From positions 1 through 64,000 of the IMG/VR virus record IMGVR_UViG_3300037466_002145: a stretch of 64,000 bases of DNA; one strand, given 5' to 3'. The position numbers and the translations under genes were made by a program. Below are positions 20,953 through 31,940 of the stretch, one piece after another. Under the pieces are notes generated by a model. It was not told the DNA's origin. It was given only the letters and a program-made list of their open reading frames with translations, and searched no databases. The stretch's first letter is position 1. Each line of letters begins with the position of its first letter. The DNA is from an uncultured virus (IMG/VR IMGVR_UViG_3300037466_002145) (taxonomy: Duplodnaviria > Heunggongvirae > Uroviricota > Caudoviricetes).

Positions 20953-21375
20953 ATGAAAAAACTATTGGTATTTTTACTATGCTTATTTCTTGTTACGCCT
21001 GCCGTAGCTGAGAATTGGCAGCCTATTTCCCAAAATCCGAATGGCAACCTTTTATTGGGCGACACTCAGTCGGTTAAGCTCATAAATGAAGCCTATGGCA
21101 ACGATACGCTGATCTATGGGTTGTTCAAAGTTGTGGGGCATCGCAAGACAGATGAAGCGATGTACCGCGCGCCGTTTGAGATTTATGCTTCGCTTCATCA
21201 ATGCATGGGTCCACAAAAGGGTAAGTTAATCATTCGGGCAACAGACGCAAAAGCTTATGACGGCGGTAGATCGTTTGATTGGACGAACGATGGAAATTCG
21301 TCTGTTGATCGGGCGGCGCAAGCTCTGTGTGAAGCGGGAATTGGACTTGGAAAAATGACTGGAGGTTCACAGTGA
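20953..21375 (+). CDS. exported hypothetical protein
   Basis: Signal peptide MKKLLVFLLCLFLVTPAVA; two Cys in mature part. Confidence 0.6.
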   Translation: MKKLLVFLLCLFLVTPAVAENWQPISQNPNGNLLLGDTQSVKLINEAYGNDTLIYGLFKVVGHRKTDEAMYRAPFEIYASLHQCMGPQKGKLIIRATDAKAYDGGRSFDWTNDGNSSVDRAAQALCEAGIGLGKMTGGSQ

Positions 21376-22034
21376 TAAAGTTTCTTGCGCTGATTGCACT
21401 GCTATTTGTAACACCCGCCTGGGCAACCGAATGTGAGACCGACGCGACTGTCAATCAGGTGCGAGAAATCTTACTGTGCCAACAGTTTTTCAATTGTAAA
21501 GTCCTTGGTATTACATCAATCAAGGACTTACCTACCGCCGTGAATAGGTTGGCAGACTTTCCAACGGCGGCGGATAAAGCCGCTGGTAGGACTAAAAACG
21601 ACACCACGACGCAATTAAACCGTCAGTTGGTTGATTCATTTCGAGAGGCAGTTGCAGTAGTCAACACCACCGTTACATTCAGTGTCGCCCATGCCGTCGA
21701 TTACAATGATAACATTCAACGCTATGAATGTGAACTTACAGCCACGTTCGATCCGCAAGCGCTGAAAAAAATCATGCATTACGGAATATATGTCGGCATC
21801 GGTAACGCGGTGACTAATGGCGATATTTCTAACACGCTATATGCACTGGTTATCGAACTGGCCAACGAAGACAATGCGCCTAAAATGAATCAGACGCTGG
21901 CAATGCTCATGGCGTACATGGACAGCATTGTTGACAAACGTTTCGGAACGCCGTTATCTTTGCACTACTCGGTTCAACAGACGGAACGCGGGGAACTCAT
22001 ACAGGTCCAGAATTTTGCCGCGGCCATGAGGTGA
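21372..22034 (+). CDS. exported hypothetical protein
   Basis: Signal peptide ..LLFVTPAWA. Confidence 0.6.
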   Translation: MIKFLALIALLFVTPAWATECETDATVNQVREILLCQQFFNCKVLGITSIKDLPTAVNRLADFPTAADKAAGRTKNDTTTQLNRQLVDSFREAVAVVNTTVTFSVAHAVDYNDNIQRYECELTATFDPQALKKIMHYGIYVGIGNAVTNGDISNTLYALVIELANEDNAPKMNQTLAMLMAYMDSIVDKRFGTPLSLHYSVQQTERGELIQVQNFAAAMR

Positions 22035-22166
22035 AACTATGCTTGACGTGCTTCTTCAAAATGCGGCGTTTGTCAACCCCTGGTGCTTCCTTGTTATTGC
22101 CATAGTTGTCGGGTTTGGGATCATGGAGGTTCTGTAATATCGAACACCGATATATAGGGGGTCTCC

Positions 22167-22580
22167 ATGCGCGCCCACGTCTATGCCTTTATGACCGTGC
22201 TTTGCATCACACCCGTCGAAACGATGTTGACGCCTGCCGCCAACGCCGAATGGATCAGCCTCGCGTCCAACGTCCAGGGCGATTCCTCTACGCTTTCCCT
22301 GGTCAAGGCGGATCGGCCTAACGATTGGATGGTTAGTGCAAATATACGGTTCGACGGCTTCTCCGAACATTATAACGCCTACGTTTATCTTAACGATTGC
22401 CTTACGCGTGGCGATGGTGTAGTTTCTTTCATCCAACACTTCGGACCAACAACGCATTTCTTTTGGACAGAGAACGGCAATCGCGCCTATGACGTGGTCG
22501 CCGTTTCTCTTTGTGAATGGGCACAGAGTCAGACACAGCATTGGGGCGTGCGCGAGGCGGGTTATACGCTTGCGCACTGA
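22167..22580 (+). CDS. exported hypothetical protein, probable paralog of 20953
   Basis: AEW..(A/S)N.(Q/N)G, L..C, WT.(N/D)GN...D..A..LCE shared with 20953 ORF. Confidence 0.55.
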   Translation: MRAHVYAFMTVLCITPVETMLTPAANAEWISLASNVQGDSSTLSLVKADRPNDWMVSANIRFDGFSEHYNAYVYLNDCLTRGDGVVSFIQHFGPTTHFFWTENGNRAYDVVAVSLCEWAQSQTQHWGVREAGYTLAH

Positions 22581-22987
22581 GGGGGCATGAGGGTAGCAAG
22601 ACCTACGCGGAATGTGGAAATGAGCTTTGTTGAAGAATTGCGGCAACGTGATGAAGCAACGGGTCTCGATTCGCGCTACGTGATCTGGGGGCCAAAAGCC
22701 GAAACACTCACCGAAAATGAAAAAGCACGAATCGTTCTCGCCTTGGATTGGGAGAATGATCGCGGCTGGATTCCTTCCACCACTGGTAATCACTTCGCAA
22801 ATGCTTGGGCAGTCTTCAAGGCGAAACTCTATCGCGCAATCGATTGGGTCTTCGGCATTGAGAATCCGTATAAGGAGCCGTTGCATGATCCCATTGGAAG
22901 ACATTGAGTGGTTTGCCTTAATCTACGCCGCCGTTATTGGAGTTTCAATCTTCGTCAACGCTTGGTTCCACATAGGAGAGTGACACA

Positions 22988-23440
22988 ATGGATGCACTAA
23001 GAAGTTGGATCGAACCACAGACAATACCCGTCAACTTCGTTTTGGTTCCCGACAGTGAACCTTCTCCAAACATCATCAAGGGTAAGTATCATTCCTTCCC
23101 TCAGATCGCCCCAGGTGACAATTTAGGCTTGGCCCGAGCCATTCGTGCCCTCTTTCAAAATCGCTTTCATTGGTGTGCCTTCGCGTTAGGGCGCGAGGTG
23201 GACGGAAGCACTCCTTATGTGGACCTCCATCACGGGTATGCGTTTTGTCTCAATGGAGCCGCATGGGTTCACGATAAAAACTGGTCGCGGGCACAAAAAA
23301 TAAACTTCTTCCGCTTCCTGGGGTTTGAACCTCAAAAGACAGAATGGGGTTACGGGGAAGAATCCGCACACTTCAACAATCACCAAGGCTACGAAGCCGT
23401 CATTCGGCGGCTGGATCGTGTCATCGCAGCACACTCATAA
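22988..23440 (+). CDS. hypothetical protein
   Basis: RBS GGAG, compact packing. Confidence 0.5.
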   Translation: MDALRSWIEPQTIPVNFVLVPDSEPSPNIIKGKYHSFPQIAPGDNLGLARAIRALFQNRFHWCAFALGREVDGSTPYVDLHHGYAFCLNGAAWVHDKNWSRAQKINFFRFLGFEPQKTEWGYGEESAHFNNHQGYEAVIRRLDRVIAAHS

Positions 23441-23446
23441 AGGAGA

Positions 23447-23899
23447 GTGACTATGCATATCGAGCGAATGAAGAAATGGGCTTCGGCCGTCGCCAACTTC
23501 TCAGGCACCTTTTATCTGGGGTTCTGGGCTGATTATAATTCGGACGGAAGCATGAAGTGCGGTTGTGCGGGCGCTATCGCAACCCTTGTCTTTGACGAGT
23601 TGGAAATGGTGGGGATGCGCGGCCTCACAGCCCGCAATGGACACGTCGTTTATTACGACGGGCATTATGATTATACGGCCATCGCTAAATTCTTTGGTAT
23701 CCAAGTATCCGATGCCGTATCAATCACATCACCGTCCGAATATCATCGCGGGAGTGCCACGCCAAAGGATGAAGTTGTGGCGCGGATATACCAATTTATC
23801 GAACATGAGGAACAATCCAGGCATGAGGCTATCGTTACAGCCTTCCATCTGGATAATCTCTTGGGCGCGCCTCCCGTTCGGGAACTTGAGGCGGCATGA
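23447..23899 (+). CDS. hypothetical protein, paralog of 63145-63594
   Basis: GCAG / AIAKFF / EVVARI..IE match GCLAG / AFAKFF / EVLDRL..IE. Confidence 0.55.
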   Translation: MTMHIERMKKWASAVANFSGTFYLGFWADYNSDGSMKCGCAGAIATLVFDELEMVGMRGLTARNGHVVYYDGHYDYTAIAKFFGIQVSDAVSITSPSEYHRGSATPKDEVVARIYQFIEHEEQSRHEAIVTAFHLDNLLGAPPVRELEAA

Positions 23900-24772
23900 C
23901 ACCCGAGACGGCGGTAGCGTTATCTGAGGCGGGTTGGATTGTCGGTAGCAATACCGAACACCAGTCATGGATGCGCTGGCCGCTTGGGGCCTTGCCCGCG
24001 ACAGTGCTAGGGGTGCCTGTGTTCGACTATCAATGGAGTGACGGCGATATCGTCAAAGAACAGGCGTTAGAAGACTCAGGCTATACACTGATCTTCAAAT
24101 CCCTATGGCGACGACAGATTCAGCCCTAAGTTGTTTTGGTCACTCTCACAACTTGAAGGCTGATAGGTAGGGGGCGTATCGGAAATCCGTCCCCTACCGT
24201 TCTTATTGCGTGTTTGCGCTTGGTGTCGGTGTTGGTGCCACCGTGGCTGGTACATTGACATTGACAACCACAGGCGCGACGGCGGGAGGGGTTGCTTGGG
24301 CCTGTTGGGGGGCCACGGGCTCGGCTTCCCCTCCCATAGCTGCATCAATGAGATTGGCTCCTAGCTCGCTGGCAGCGCCAGCAATGAGCCCTCCGACGAA
24401 GGTGCCACCAAACGATGGTCTTCGTCGCCAGTCAGGTCGTGAACGACCCCAACGATTACGAAACATGGGTTTCCTCTTAGGTTAATTGAACAGAGGTATT
24501 TATCCAATGGCTGACGTTTCGAGACGGGAAGTGGCGGCAGAGTTAGAACGCGTCATTCGACAGGTTCGGCGGCATCCGCGTTATTATAACGTTCTGATGC
24601 ATATCCTTCATGAGGATGATCGCCAACTTGTCGAGCGCATCGGTTGGGAAGGGGCTGACTTCCTGATTGACGAAGGGCGGTGGTGTTTTCCCTTGACTTT
24701 CTTTTTTCAACGCCTTCGCATTGCCATGGAGATTACCCGCAGTCGGGTTGACGGAAAGCTTCCTGATATAAC

Positions 24773-25882
24773 CTACTTGACAAGGTAGTCTTTCGAGACG
24801 AAGCCAACCGAGGCGTCGCCGCGCATATGTTCTTTGACACGTACACGCCATTGCCCACAGGACGGGCACACCCAACGCCCGTCCTGGTCAGGGTAGAGCG
24901 GCCATTGGTGCTCGCAACCTTCGTGCTTGTTGAAGTTGCGGAAGTACGCCTGCACCTCATGGCGGCGATGCTTGGAATGCTCGCGGAAGACGTTCAGAGC
25001 CCGCCGACGCGTCACTTCCTTTTTGATATCGACAAGGTGATACGCCGAATACGGACGGAACTTGCCCTTGTAATAGCCGCGCGCCGCGGGCACTGTCTCG
25101 ATATCAATCAATCGCGGTTGGTTCAGCCAAAGCAAGCACATGAGGATGTTGCGAACTTCACCAATCGAACCGTCCATCATTGCTTGTATGCTGTCTTCCA
25201 CTCCATGTCGCATTTCGAAAACTTCTATTGCGGGAGCTTCGACGCAAATTTGATTTAACATCAGAAAGTTGGCTTGTTCTTGAGTGAATTCAAATTTTGG
25301 ATTGGTCATTGTTGACCCAAGCATTTGAGCAAGAGTCCGCCATTCGTCGGCATCTTGTCGAGGTGTTCCATCACCTTCTATAAATTTTTGAACTGGCGGT
25401 CCTTCATGGTTAGTGATGATGATTGGGCGAAGACCTTTAAGCGATACGGATTCGTCGGTGCCTTCGAAATACATCTTGTAGACCATAGGTGACAGACTGA
25501 TCTTACCATCCTCGGTCTCTACAAGAACGTGAATTGTGCGACCGACAATAAGATAACCAGCTTGATTGTCGCGACTAAGGCCAGAGTAATACTTCTCTAC
25601 CAGCAAAGAATTAGATCGCTGCCCAATTCGATTGAGAAAGGTGCCAATGGGAAACTCAATATAAGTCACGTGATAGGGCGGCAAAGCGAATTGCAGATTA
25701 TCAATAAAAATATTCGGATGGTCAACCATAAGGCCAGCCATCATGTCTGCAACTTGATCGGTAAAAACAAATTTGCGCGCGTCATACTTCTTTTCGACAA
25801 ACGCCTTGTAAGCGGTCGGCATTAAGTCCTTATCGACGATGGACGGACCCCACTTGTCCAAGAGGGTGCGCGGCGCGGTCAT
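24773..25882 (-). CDS. conserved phage hypothetical protein with RRHEV and Cys motif
   Basis: 369-aa ORF ending RRHEV..C.H..CPSCG..HMRGD. Confidence 0.55.
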   Translation of the reverse strand: MTAPRTLLDKWGPSIVDKDLMPTAYKAFVEKKYDARKFVFTDQVADMMAGLMVDHPNIFIDNLQFALPPYHVTYIEFPIGTFLNRIGQRSNSLLVEKYYSGLSRDNQAGYLIVGRTIHVLVETEDGKISLSPMVYKMYFEGTDESVSLKGLRPIIITNHEGPPVQKFIEGDGTPRQDADEWRTLAQMLGSTMTNPKFEFTQEQANFLMLNQICVEAPAIEVFEMRHGVEDSIQAMMDGSIGEVRNILMCLLWLNQPRLIDIETVPAARGYYKGKFRPYSAYHLVDIKKEVTRRRALNVFREHSKHRRHEVQAYFRNFNKHEGCEHQWPLYPDQDGRWVCPSCGQWRVRVKEHMRGDASVGFVSKDYLVK

Positions 25883-28800
25883 GACTTGATCACATCATTA
25901 GCGAGCAACAGATACACCTTCGCGACGGCCATGCCCGCGAAGAAGCCGCCGATAGAATTCCAAGGCGTCTGCAAGTGCAGCGTCGCGATGATTGCCGTGA
26001 AGATCACAAAGTACACTACCAGAACGATGAACGCCTGAATTGTCTGTCCACGTGTCATTGTATCCTCGCTGCGGTTGCTCCTGGACCTTGCCGTTGACTT
26101 GGTTTGTTGACGATCCAATTTCCAGGGGGATCGCCTTCACCATCCCAATTGGCGACTGCGACAAGTGCGTCATTGAGACTAGAATAACACCAGCGTTCGT
26201 TGTAGCCAACATCATCGAGACCCTTCACAAGACCCCAGGTGAAGACGAAGCGAAAGAGGGCGATCCATTCTCCATCAGCGACTTGTCGCGGGAATAGGTA
26301 GCCCATTTCTTCAAGCAATTCTTTCGTCATTGAGTACCTTCCTTTGGTGATATTGCCAGCGACGGCGGGCTAACTTCGCCCAAGATGGTTCGTCAATTTC
26401 GGTCGAAACCTTATGGAGCTTTTGCCCGACGCCATGGCCGCACGGCAACCACAGTAACGGGGACGCAAGTGAGTAGGGAATATAGTCATAAAAATATTCC
26501 TTTCCACACTTGTTACACTTGATCCATTTCCGTTTGTAGCCAAAGGCAGGGGGCGCGAGCTTGATGGTTTTATTGGTCATGGACTCTCCCCAGGCTTTTG
26601 ACTTCGTGATACATGCCGTGCTCGGCAACCTGCATGGCCAGCCAATCTTGAAAGGTGTCCTCAGTCAGGCCATCCGTGCTGACGTTGGCTAATTGGGGAA
26701 ACTGCCGTAGTAGTTCGGGCGCGCAGATATCGGTCGCCCATGGGATTTCGTGCGTGAAGATGTTCGCGGACAACATGAAGTTCAGGATGTTGTACACACC
26801 CTGAATCCCATGTGGTGAACAGAGCTTGTGCGTCGTGATCGATAAAATGTCGCCAAGATGAAAGGTCTTGGTTTCATACGTGGGTTCCATTGATACTCTC
26901 AGTGGTTACGCCTTGTTCGCGTAGAGCAAGGCCATTAGGACAGATGCAAAGATTTTTCCGCCCGCACTGAACATTGGCAGACGTCGTCACGTCAGAGGTG
27001 TCAATGATACCCGTGTTGCCGCAAAGTGAACAGTGGTGATCCTGAACATAGAAGTTGGCCCAAAAATCTTCTAAGAATTTCAGGCCCCATTCACTGGCAA
27101 ATCGCGATACACTTTTCTTCATGACTTCCTTTCCTCGGGATAGAACTCAAGATTAACCAATTGCTCATGGGCGTCGTAAAGAGCCCGAATGTCCAACCAG
27201 TCTTTCTTGCGCCCGTCTTCGGGTTGCAAGCCAATGATCACCCCGCCGTCGTGGGCAGGTTCGCTAAACAGTTTACCCGAGCCCAAAACAATCCTGGTGC
27301 CGATCTGAGGCGTGCGCGGAAAGACCCCTCGGAACACGTCACCGATATGGGTGCTTTCTCGGGCGTCAACCACGGTTGCCACAAGTGTTCCTTGGCGACC
27401 GTCGTTGCTCACGGCGGCAAGTTCATTGACCAAACTCGGCGTCACCCCGAACGACATGGAATCGGCCCCATCTTGTATAAGATAGACTGCCCCGTATCGA
27501 TCTGTACGGCGTTCGCGGGCGGGCCAAGTCAGAATGCCATGACCGAAATTTACAACTTCCTTTGTCATTCCGTTTCCTTTTCTTCCTCATGAAGTCACGG
27601 CAGGATGCTTCTGTCCCTGAAAATCAATGTTGAGGACATTGCATTCATGCCGATTGCACCAAACCTGCAAGCCATAGGGTGTGAATCCTACGTCCAGGCG
27701 CGCGTAGGACGATGGTGACTCGTTTGGAGCCTTGCCTTCCTTCCATTCCTCAACACACTTGTGACAATGGCAGAATGCCGTGATTTGGTTGGCGCTAGTG
27801 ATTCGGTCAGTCATCGTGTTCTCAATCTCCTGTTTCAGGTTCATATGCGACAGTGTAAGTCTTCGTAATTGGATTGTATTGATCGAAGCGTTCGGAACGC
27901 TTCTTTTTGGTAGTCTCGCCCAAGATGTGTTCTACGTCGATTACGGCACCGTCTTTCAGGATATCGTAGTTCGATTCGATGTAGTCATGGGCAACCGTCC
28001 AAGTTCGGTTTCCCCAATCGTAGGGATCGCACTCAGCGCGACCATGCCCGCGAGGGTCCACCAACAGGATTGGCGTGATCGATGGATCATAGCCCGCCTT
28101 CCGTAAGAGCCATTGTTGGTTAAGGTTGTCAGCCTTGACTTTGATGGCGATCACGGGAATGAAGGTGGCCCTATCGCGAACTTCAAACACCTTAGTTTCC
28201 ATTATTGTGACTCCTTTTGATCCTCATACTCACGGGCCAGCTTTTCGCAGGCATACCAAACCACGAGATTCTTGAATTGGTCATCGGAGCCGACGTTATC
28301 GGCACCGTTCCAAGACGCGATGAACGACAGGATATTTTTCGAGCCGAACGATTCGCGGTCTTCCTCGATCAAGTCCCAAAGTTCTTCCGTGAACTTGTTA
28401 TAAAGTTTCACAGTGTCCGTGTAGTAGGTGATTCCAGGCCAACCACAGTTTGCGCCATGGTTGGCGATATCCGATGCTGATTCCTTCAAATTGGCATCAA
28501 ACCACTTGCGGAACGTCTTGGCTCTAATGATCATGCTCCCCCCACTTCCAAACCGTCGTTGATGATGCCGTTGACGATATCATCAACGTAGCGATGTTCG
28601 ATTACCACGGCCTTGCCGAAGTATTGCCGATCCTCGGGTAGGTGTTCCTCTACCCATTCCTTAGCGGCGTCGCTGATAGGAAGTAACAGCGAAATCGTGC
28701 CCTGATAGTTCAGTGTAAAGTCAGGCATGTCTGTCTCCTCAGGCGTCTCGGAAGTCCACCACGACGACGGCGAACCGTTTCTTCAATTCTTCTACCCGTT

Positions 28801-29176
28801 TCTTGACCAAGGGGTGTTCCATGGCCTTGTCGCGGTCAGGTGTATAGGTAATTCCGAAGTCTTCCGCCACTTCCCAAATGGGATAGTTAGTAGACCTACG
28901 GGCCTTTACAATGGCGCGGGTGTGAATTTCCATGTTCTGTTTCCCTTAATATCTGACGCTTTTGCCAAGATGACCCGCAAGTTGCAACTCCCCTTGGCGA
29001 TTGAGCAACCGATTGTACTTCTCATACTTCTCGGGAGACAGATCGTCCATTCCGAGGCGGCCGAAGTCGTTCAAGTCATCGATCTTGTCGTTCACTTCGG
29101 CGTACTCACGCGAACACGGGGTAAACCCTTCGCCGTTCGGCCATTCAATGTGACTGTCATGCTTGATCTTTGACAT
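25879..29176 (-). other. early small-ORF cluster (about 12 hypothetical genes)
   Basis: Tightly packed small ORFs with overlapping stop/start and GGAG RBSs downstream of the promoter at 29229-29257. Confidence 0.6.
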
Positions 29177-29228
29177 GTTTCCTTGTCTCCCTTGGACAGG
29201 CGGTTCATTGCCGCCTGCCCATAATCAG

Positions 29229-29257
29229 AATATAAGTTAGACCCATCTGACTGTCAA
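29229..29257 (-). promoter_or_regulatory. sigma70-type early promoter
   Basis: TTGACA-17 nt-TATATT. Confidence 0.7.
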
Positions 29258-29353
29258 TACTTTTATTATGAAAATATTAGAACCATGATTTTACACACAA
29301 AAAACCCGACACCAACTAAGGCATCGGGTTTTAAGCTACCAAAAACTAAGAGT

Positions 29354-30265
29354 TTAGTCTTGGTCTACATCATTGAAGAAGTCTTCGTTGATTTCGTCGT
29401 CGCCTTCCCAGGCAGGCTTGGCTTCGGGACGGCTTGGAGCTTCGGCAGAGGCAAACTCAGGTGTCTCCACCTCGGTATCGCCTTCACCCAACACTTCGTC
29501 CAGCTTCTTTTTCAGGTAGTCGTAGGACTTGAACTGATCTTCGGCCAGGAAGGGAAGTAGGGAGTAAACCTGATTGTAAACTTCCTCAAGCTTTTCGTCT
29601 GAATCGAACAGGGGTGCCCGTTCCAAGAATTCCGACTTTTCGTAGTTGCGGTACTTCTTGTCTTTGAGATAAATCTTGAACTTGAAGTTCGCACCGCCGC
29701 CTTCACCCTTGGCATCGGGACCCCACATGTCGAACGCGTTGATGCGCGTTTCGCCTTGGAATGTCGGGAACATCTTTTCCATGATGATACCATGGAGTTG
29801 CGGCCCATAGCGCAGAAGGAAGACCTTGCCGTTGTTGTCGGGGTTGATCGGGTCATCCACGACGTAGATGTTGGAAATGTATTCGGTCTTGCGCTTGCGT
29901 TCGCGAACGATTTCCTTGATCTTTTCGGGAACCTGTTCCCACTTCAACTTGCCGACCATCTTGCGATTAAGATCGTTGACGGGATCGGGCTTGTCGAGAG
30001 TCGTGAGGCAGTTGTTGATGTAATACTTGCCTGTTGGCCCTTGGAAGGAACGTCGGAAGATTTTGACGATGGATTGTTCGCCATCGGGGGCGGGAAGGAA
30101 GCGGATAGTGGCAATACCATTGCCTTGCTTATCTACCGCGGGTCGCCAGAAGCGGTCATCTTCGTATCCTTCGGAATTGAACTGACCCTTGGCTTGTTTC
30201 TTGAAGTCTTCGGCAATTTTATCGAGATTGGCTTGACGATTTTGTTTTAGTTCGCGTAGTGACAA
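29354..30265 (-). CDS. gp32: single-stranded DNA-binding protein
   Basis: DDRFWRP..DKQGNG.A.IRFLP, GPTGKYYI.NC.TT, DP.NP.NNGKVFL, acidic tail; probable TTG start at 30265 after AAAGGA. Confidence 0.92.
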   Translation of the reverse strand: MSLRELKQNRQANLDKIAEDFKKQAKGQFNSEGYEDDRFWRPAVDKQGNGIATIRFLPAPDGEQSIVKIFRRSFQGPTGKYYINNCLTTLDKPDPVNDLNRKMVGKLKWEQVPEKIKEIVRERKRKTEYISNIYVVDDPINPDNNGKVFLLRYGPQLHGIIMEKMFPTFQGETRINAFDMWGPDAKGEGGGANFKFKIYLKDKKYRNYEKSEFLERAPLFDSDEKLEEVYNQVYSLLPFLAEDQFKSYDYLKKKLDEVLGEGDTEVETPEFASAEAPSRPEAKPAWEGDDEINEDFFNDVDQD

Positions 30266-30350
30266 ATTTTTTCCTTTTATCGAGTTTAGTAGTTTTATCG
30301 GTTTTGGATTCAGAAGATAATCATCTAAATCGTTGAGAAGTATAGCAAAT

Positions 30351-30926
30351 TTAGTATCCCTTGTCAAGTAAAATTTGCTTAAATTGAGCTTTACTTGGCA
30401 CAAAAGGTAGATACTTCACGAGCTTATTCTTTCGTAATTTCCAGTACGGATTTTCCTTCATATCTACATTCCAACTCTCAATGCAGTTGGTGTAGTTCAT
30501 AACAATGGCCAGCGTATCCTTTTGGATTTCACCAGCGACATACCTACGAAAGATATTAGGAACGGTATGTCTATCACCCGTGAGTTCATCGGCGGGCGGT
30601 CCAAGTTTCTTCATGTCATTTTGGAAATGATAACCTAGCGCGTTACGATGCGCCGACCATTCGAGATAGGTCTTATCGTAAAGCGGGTCTACCGCCAGCG
30701 CATGAATATGAAGCTTGTTTTCAGAGAGGTTGGCCAACAGAAAGTTGGGCGTTGCCTTTCCATATTTAGCAGTGATTTTTTCGGCCCAACGGCGGTCGGG
30801 ACTATCATTGTATTCTTCGGGTTTGATATGTTTCAATTTCCCGCGAAATTTGAAGTAATCGTAATGTTCAGTATGGAAATGAAACTTCAGGGCTCGGTAG
30901 AGTTTGAAAGTCTCATAAGGATGCAT
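30351..30926 (-). CDS. gp59: helicase loader
   Basis: Y..Y.ALK.HF...YDYFKF.GK, ..GEI..T, KY.PF; adjacent to gp32. Confidence 0.8.
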   Translation of the reverse strand: MHPYETFKLYRALKFHFHTEHYDYFKFRGKLKHIKPEEYNDSPDRRWAEKITAKYGKATPNFLLANLSENKLHIHALAVDPLYDKTYLEWSAHRNALGYHFQNDMKKLGPPADELTGDRHTVPNIFRRYVAGEIQKDTLAIVMNYTNCIESWNVDMKENPYWKLRKNKLVKYLPFVPSKAQFKQILLDKGY

Positions 30927-30934
30927 GGAACTCC

Positions 30935-31153
30935 TTAGATAGGCAATTGGGACTCGCGTCTTAGATAATGTAAGTCTTCGGCCTCTAATTGTATCTTGGA
31001 AACGAGATTAAGGTCTTTGGAAATGATCGCCCCAATCGTTTCGACTTCAAGGTCATTGACTGCGCAAAAATGAATGATTGCGTCGATATAATCGGTGCCA
31101 GAGGTGCGAACGATTTCTTCGATGCTATTATGGAGTGAGAGTGAGTCGAGCAT
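30935..31153 (-). CDS. gp33: late-promoter transcription coactivator
   Basis: IE.IV....YIDAI..FC..N..EVE....I...L..KI..EA..L.YL; gp33-gp59-gp32 synteny. Confidence 0.8.
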   Translation of the reverse strand: MLDSLSLHNSIEEIVRTSGTDYIDAIIHFCAVNDLEVETIGAIISKDLNLVSKIQLEAEDLHYLRRESQLPI

Positions 31154-31316
31154 TACTTTACGGCGATTACCTTAAGTGTTTGTTTCGGCTCGAAACTCAA
31201 ATAATTGGTGATGGTATAAGAGGTATTATAAGTCCCGTCTGCATTATAGACTTCGACTACAAGTTCGCGCATCCCCTCGGGGATTTCGAACGTTTCTGAT
31301 TTGAGAATGTTGGTCA

Positions 31317-31940
31317 TTATTGTTTTTCAATTTTTCCTTGTTTGAAACCTTCCAATTGCTGCATGGCCGCGATCATGGCGTCCTGTTGGGCGTCAGTCAG
31401 CTTATACAATGGGGTTGTTCTATCGATGCCGATCTTCTTCGATACGAAGTTGGCATATTCTTTGGGATTGTTGCCGTCGTCGGCGGGCGCGTAACGCCGA
31501 ATGGCATCCACGATAGAAAGCTTATAATACACTGAATCCGTGGCAAATAGAAGTTTTTTCTGGGCTTTTTGGCCGTCTTCGTAAGTTGGGAAAACAGAGA
31601 AGTGCTTGTAGTCGCGGTTGACCGCGCCGTTCTCAGCCGCGAAGCTCCCATAGACGATGTTGCCAGGGTTGTTGTTGCGCCATGAAATGGTGCCGCCCGA
31701 GAACTTGAACTTATTACCCTTTGTATCGAACACAGACAGCCAACCAGGGCCTGAATCGATGACCTTGGCTATGACTATAGCGTCGCCTTCTTTCCAGGAT
31801 GGTTCGGGTGCTGGTACAGGTTTCGCTGCAACGGGTTTGGGTTTGGTTGGTTCGGGTGAGGTTGAAATTTCAATCGCGGTATTGCCAGCTTGTAGTTCAA
31901 TATCGAGACCGCGGGTTGAAGGGATAATATCTTTGGGCAT
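31317..31940 (-). CDS. lysozyme-fold virion/cell-wall protein (RNNNPGN family)
   Basis: WRNNNPGNI, F.VF....G, RYAP..D.N....Y, EG. Confidence 0.65.
   Translation of the reverse strand: MPKDIIPSTRGLDIELQAGNTAIEISTSPEPTKPKPVAAKPVPAPEPSWKEGDAIVIAKVIDSGPGWLSVFDTKGNKFKFSGGTISWRNNNPGNIVYGSFAAENGAVNRDYKHFSVFPTYEDGQKAQKKLLFATDSVYYKLSIVDAIRRYAPADDGNNPKEYANFVSKKIGIDRTTPLYKLTDAQQDAMIAAMQQLEGFKQGKIEKQ

Noticed and set aside
22056-22904. 282-aa minus-strand ORF
   Set aside because: It shadows plus-strand genes that have RBSs, a signal peptide and a paralog.
30266-30403. N-terminal extension of gp32 in the ORF track (similarly gp53, PAAR and the HExxH ORFs)
   Set aside because: It overlaps the upstream gene; better RBS/start pairs lie downstream.
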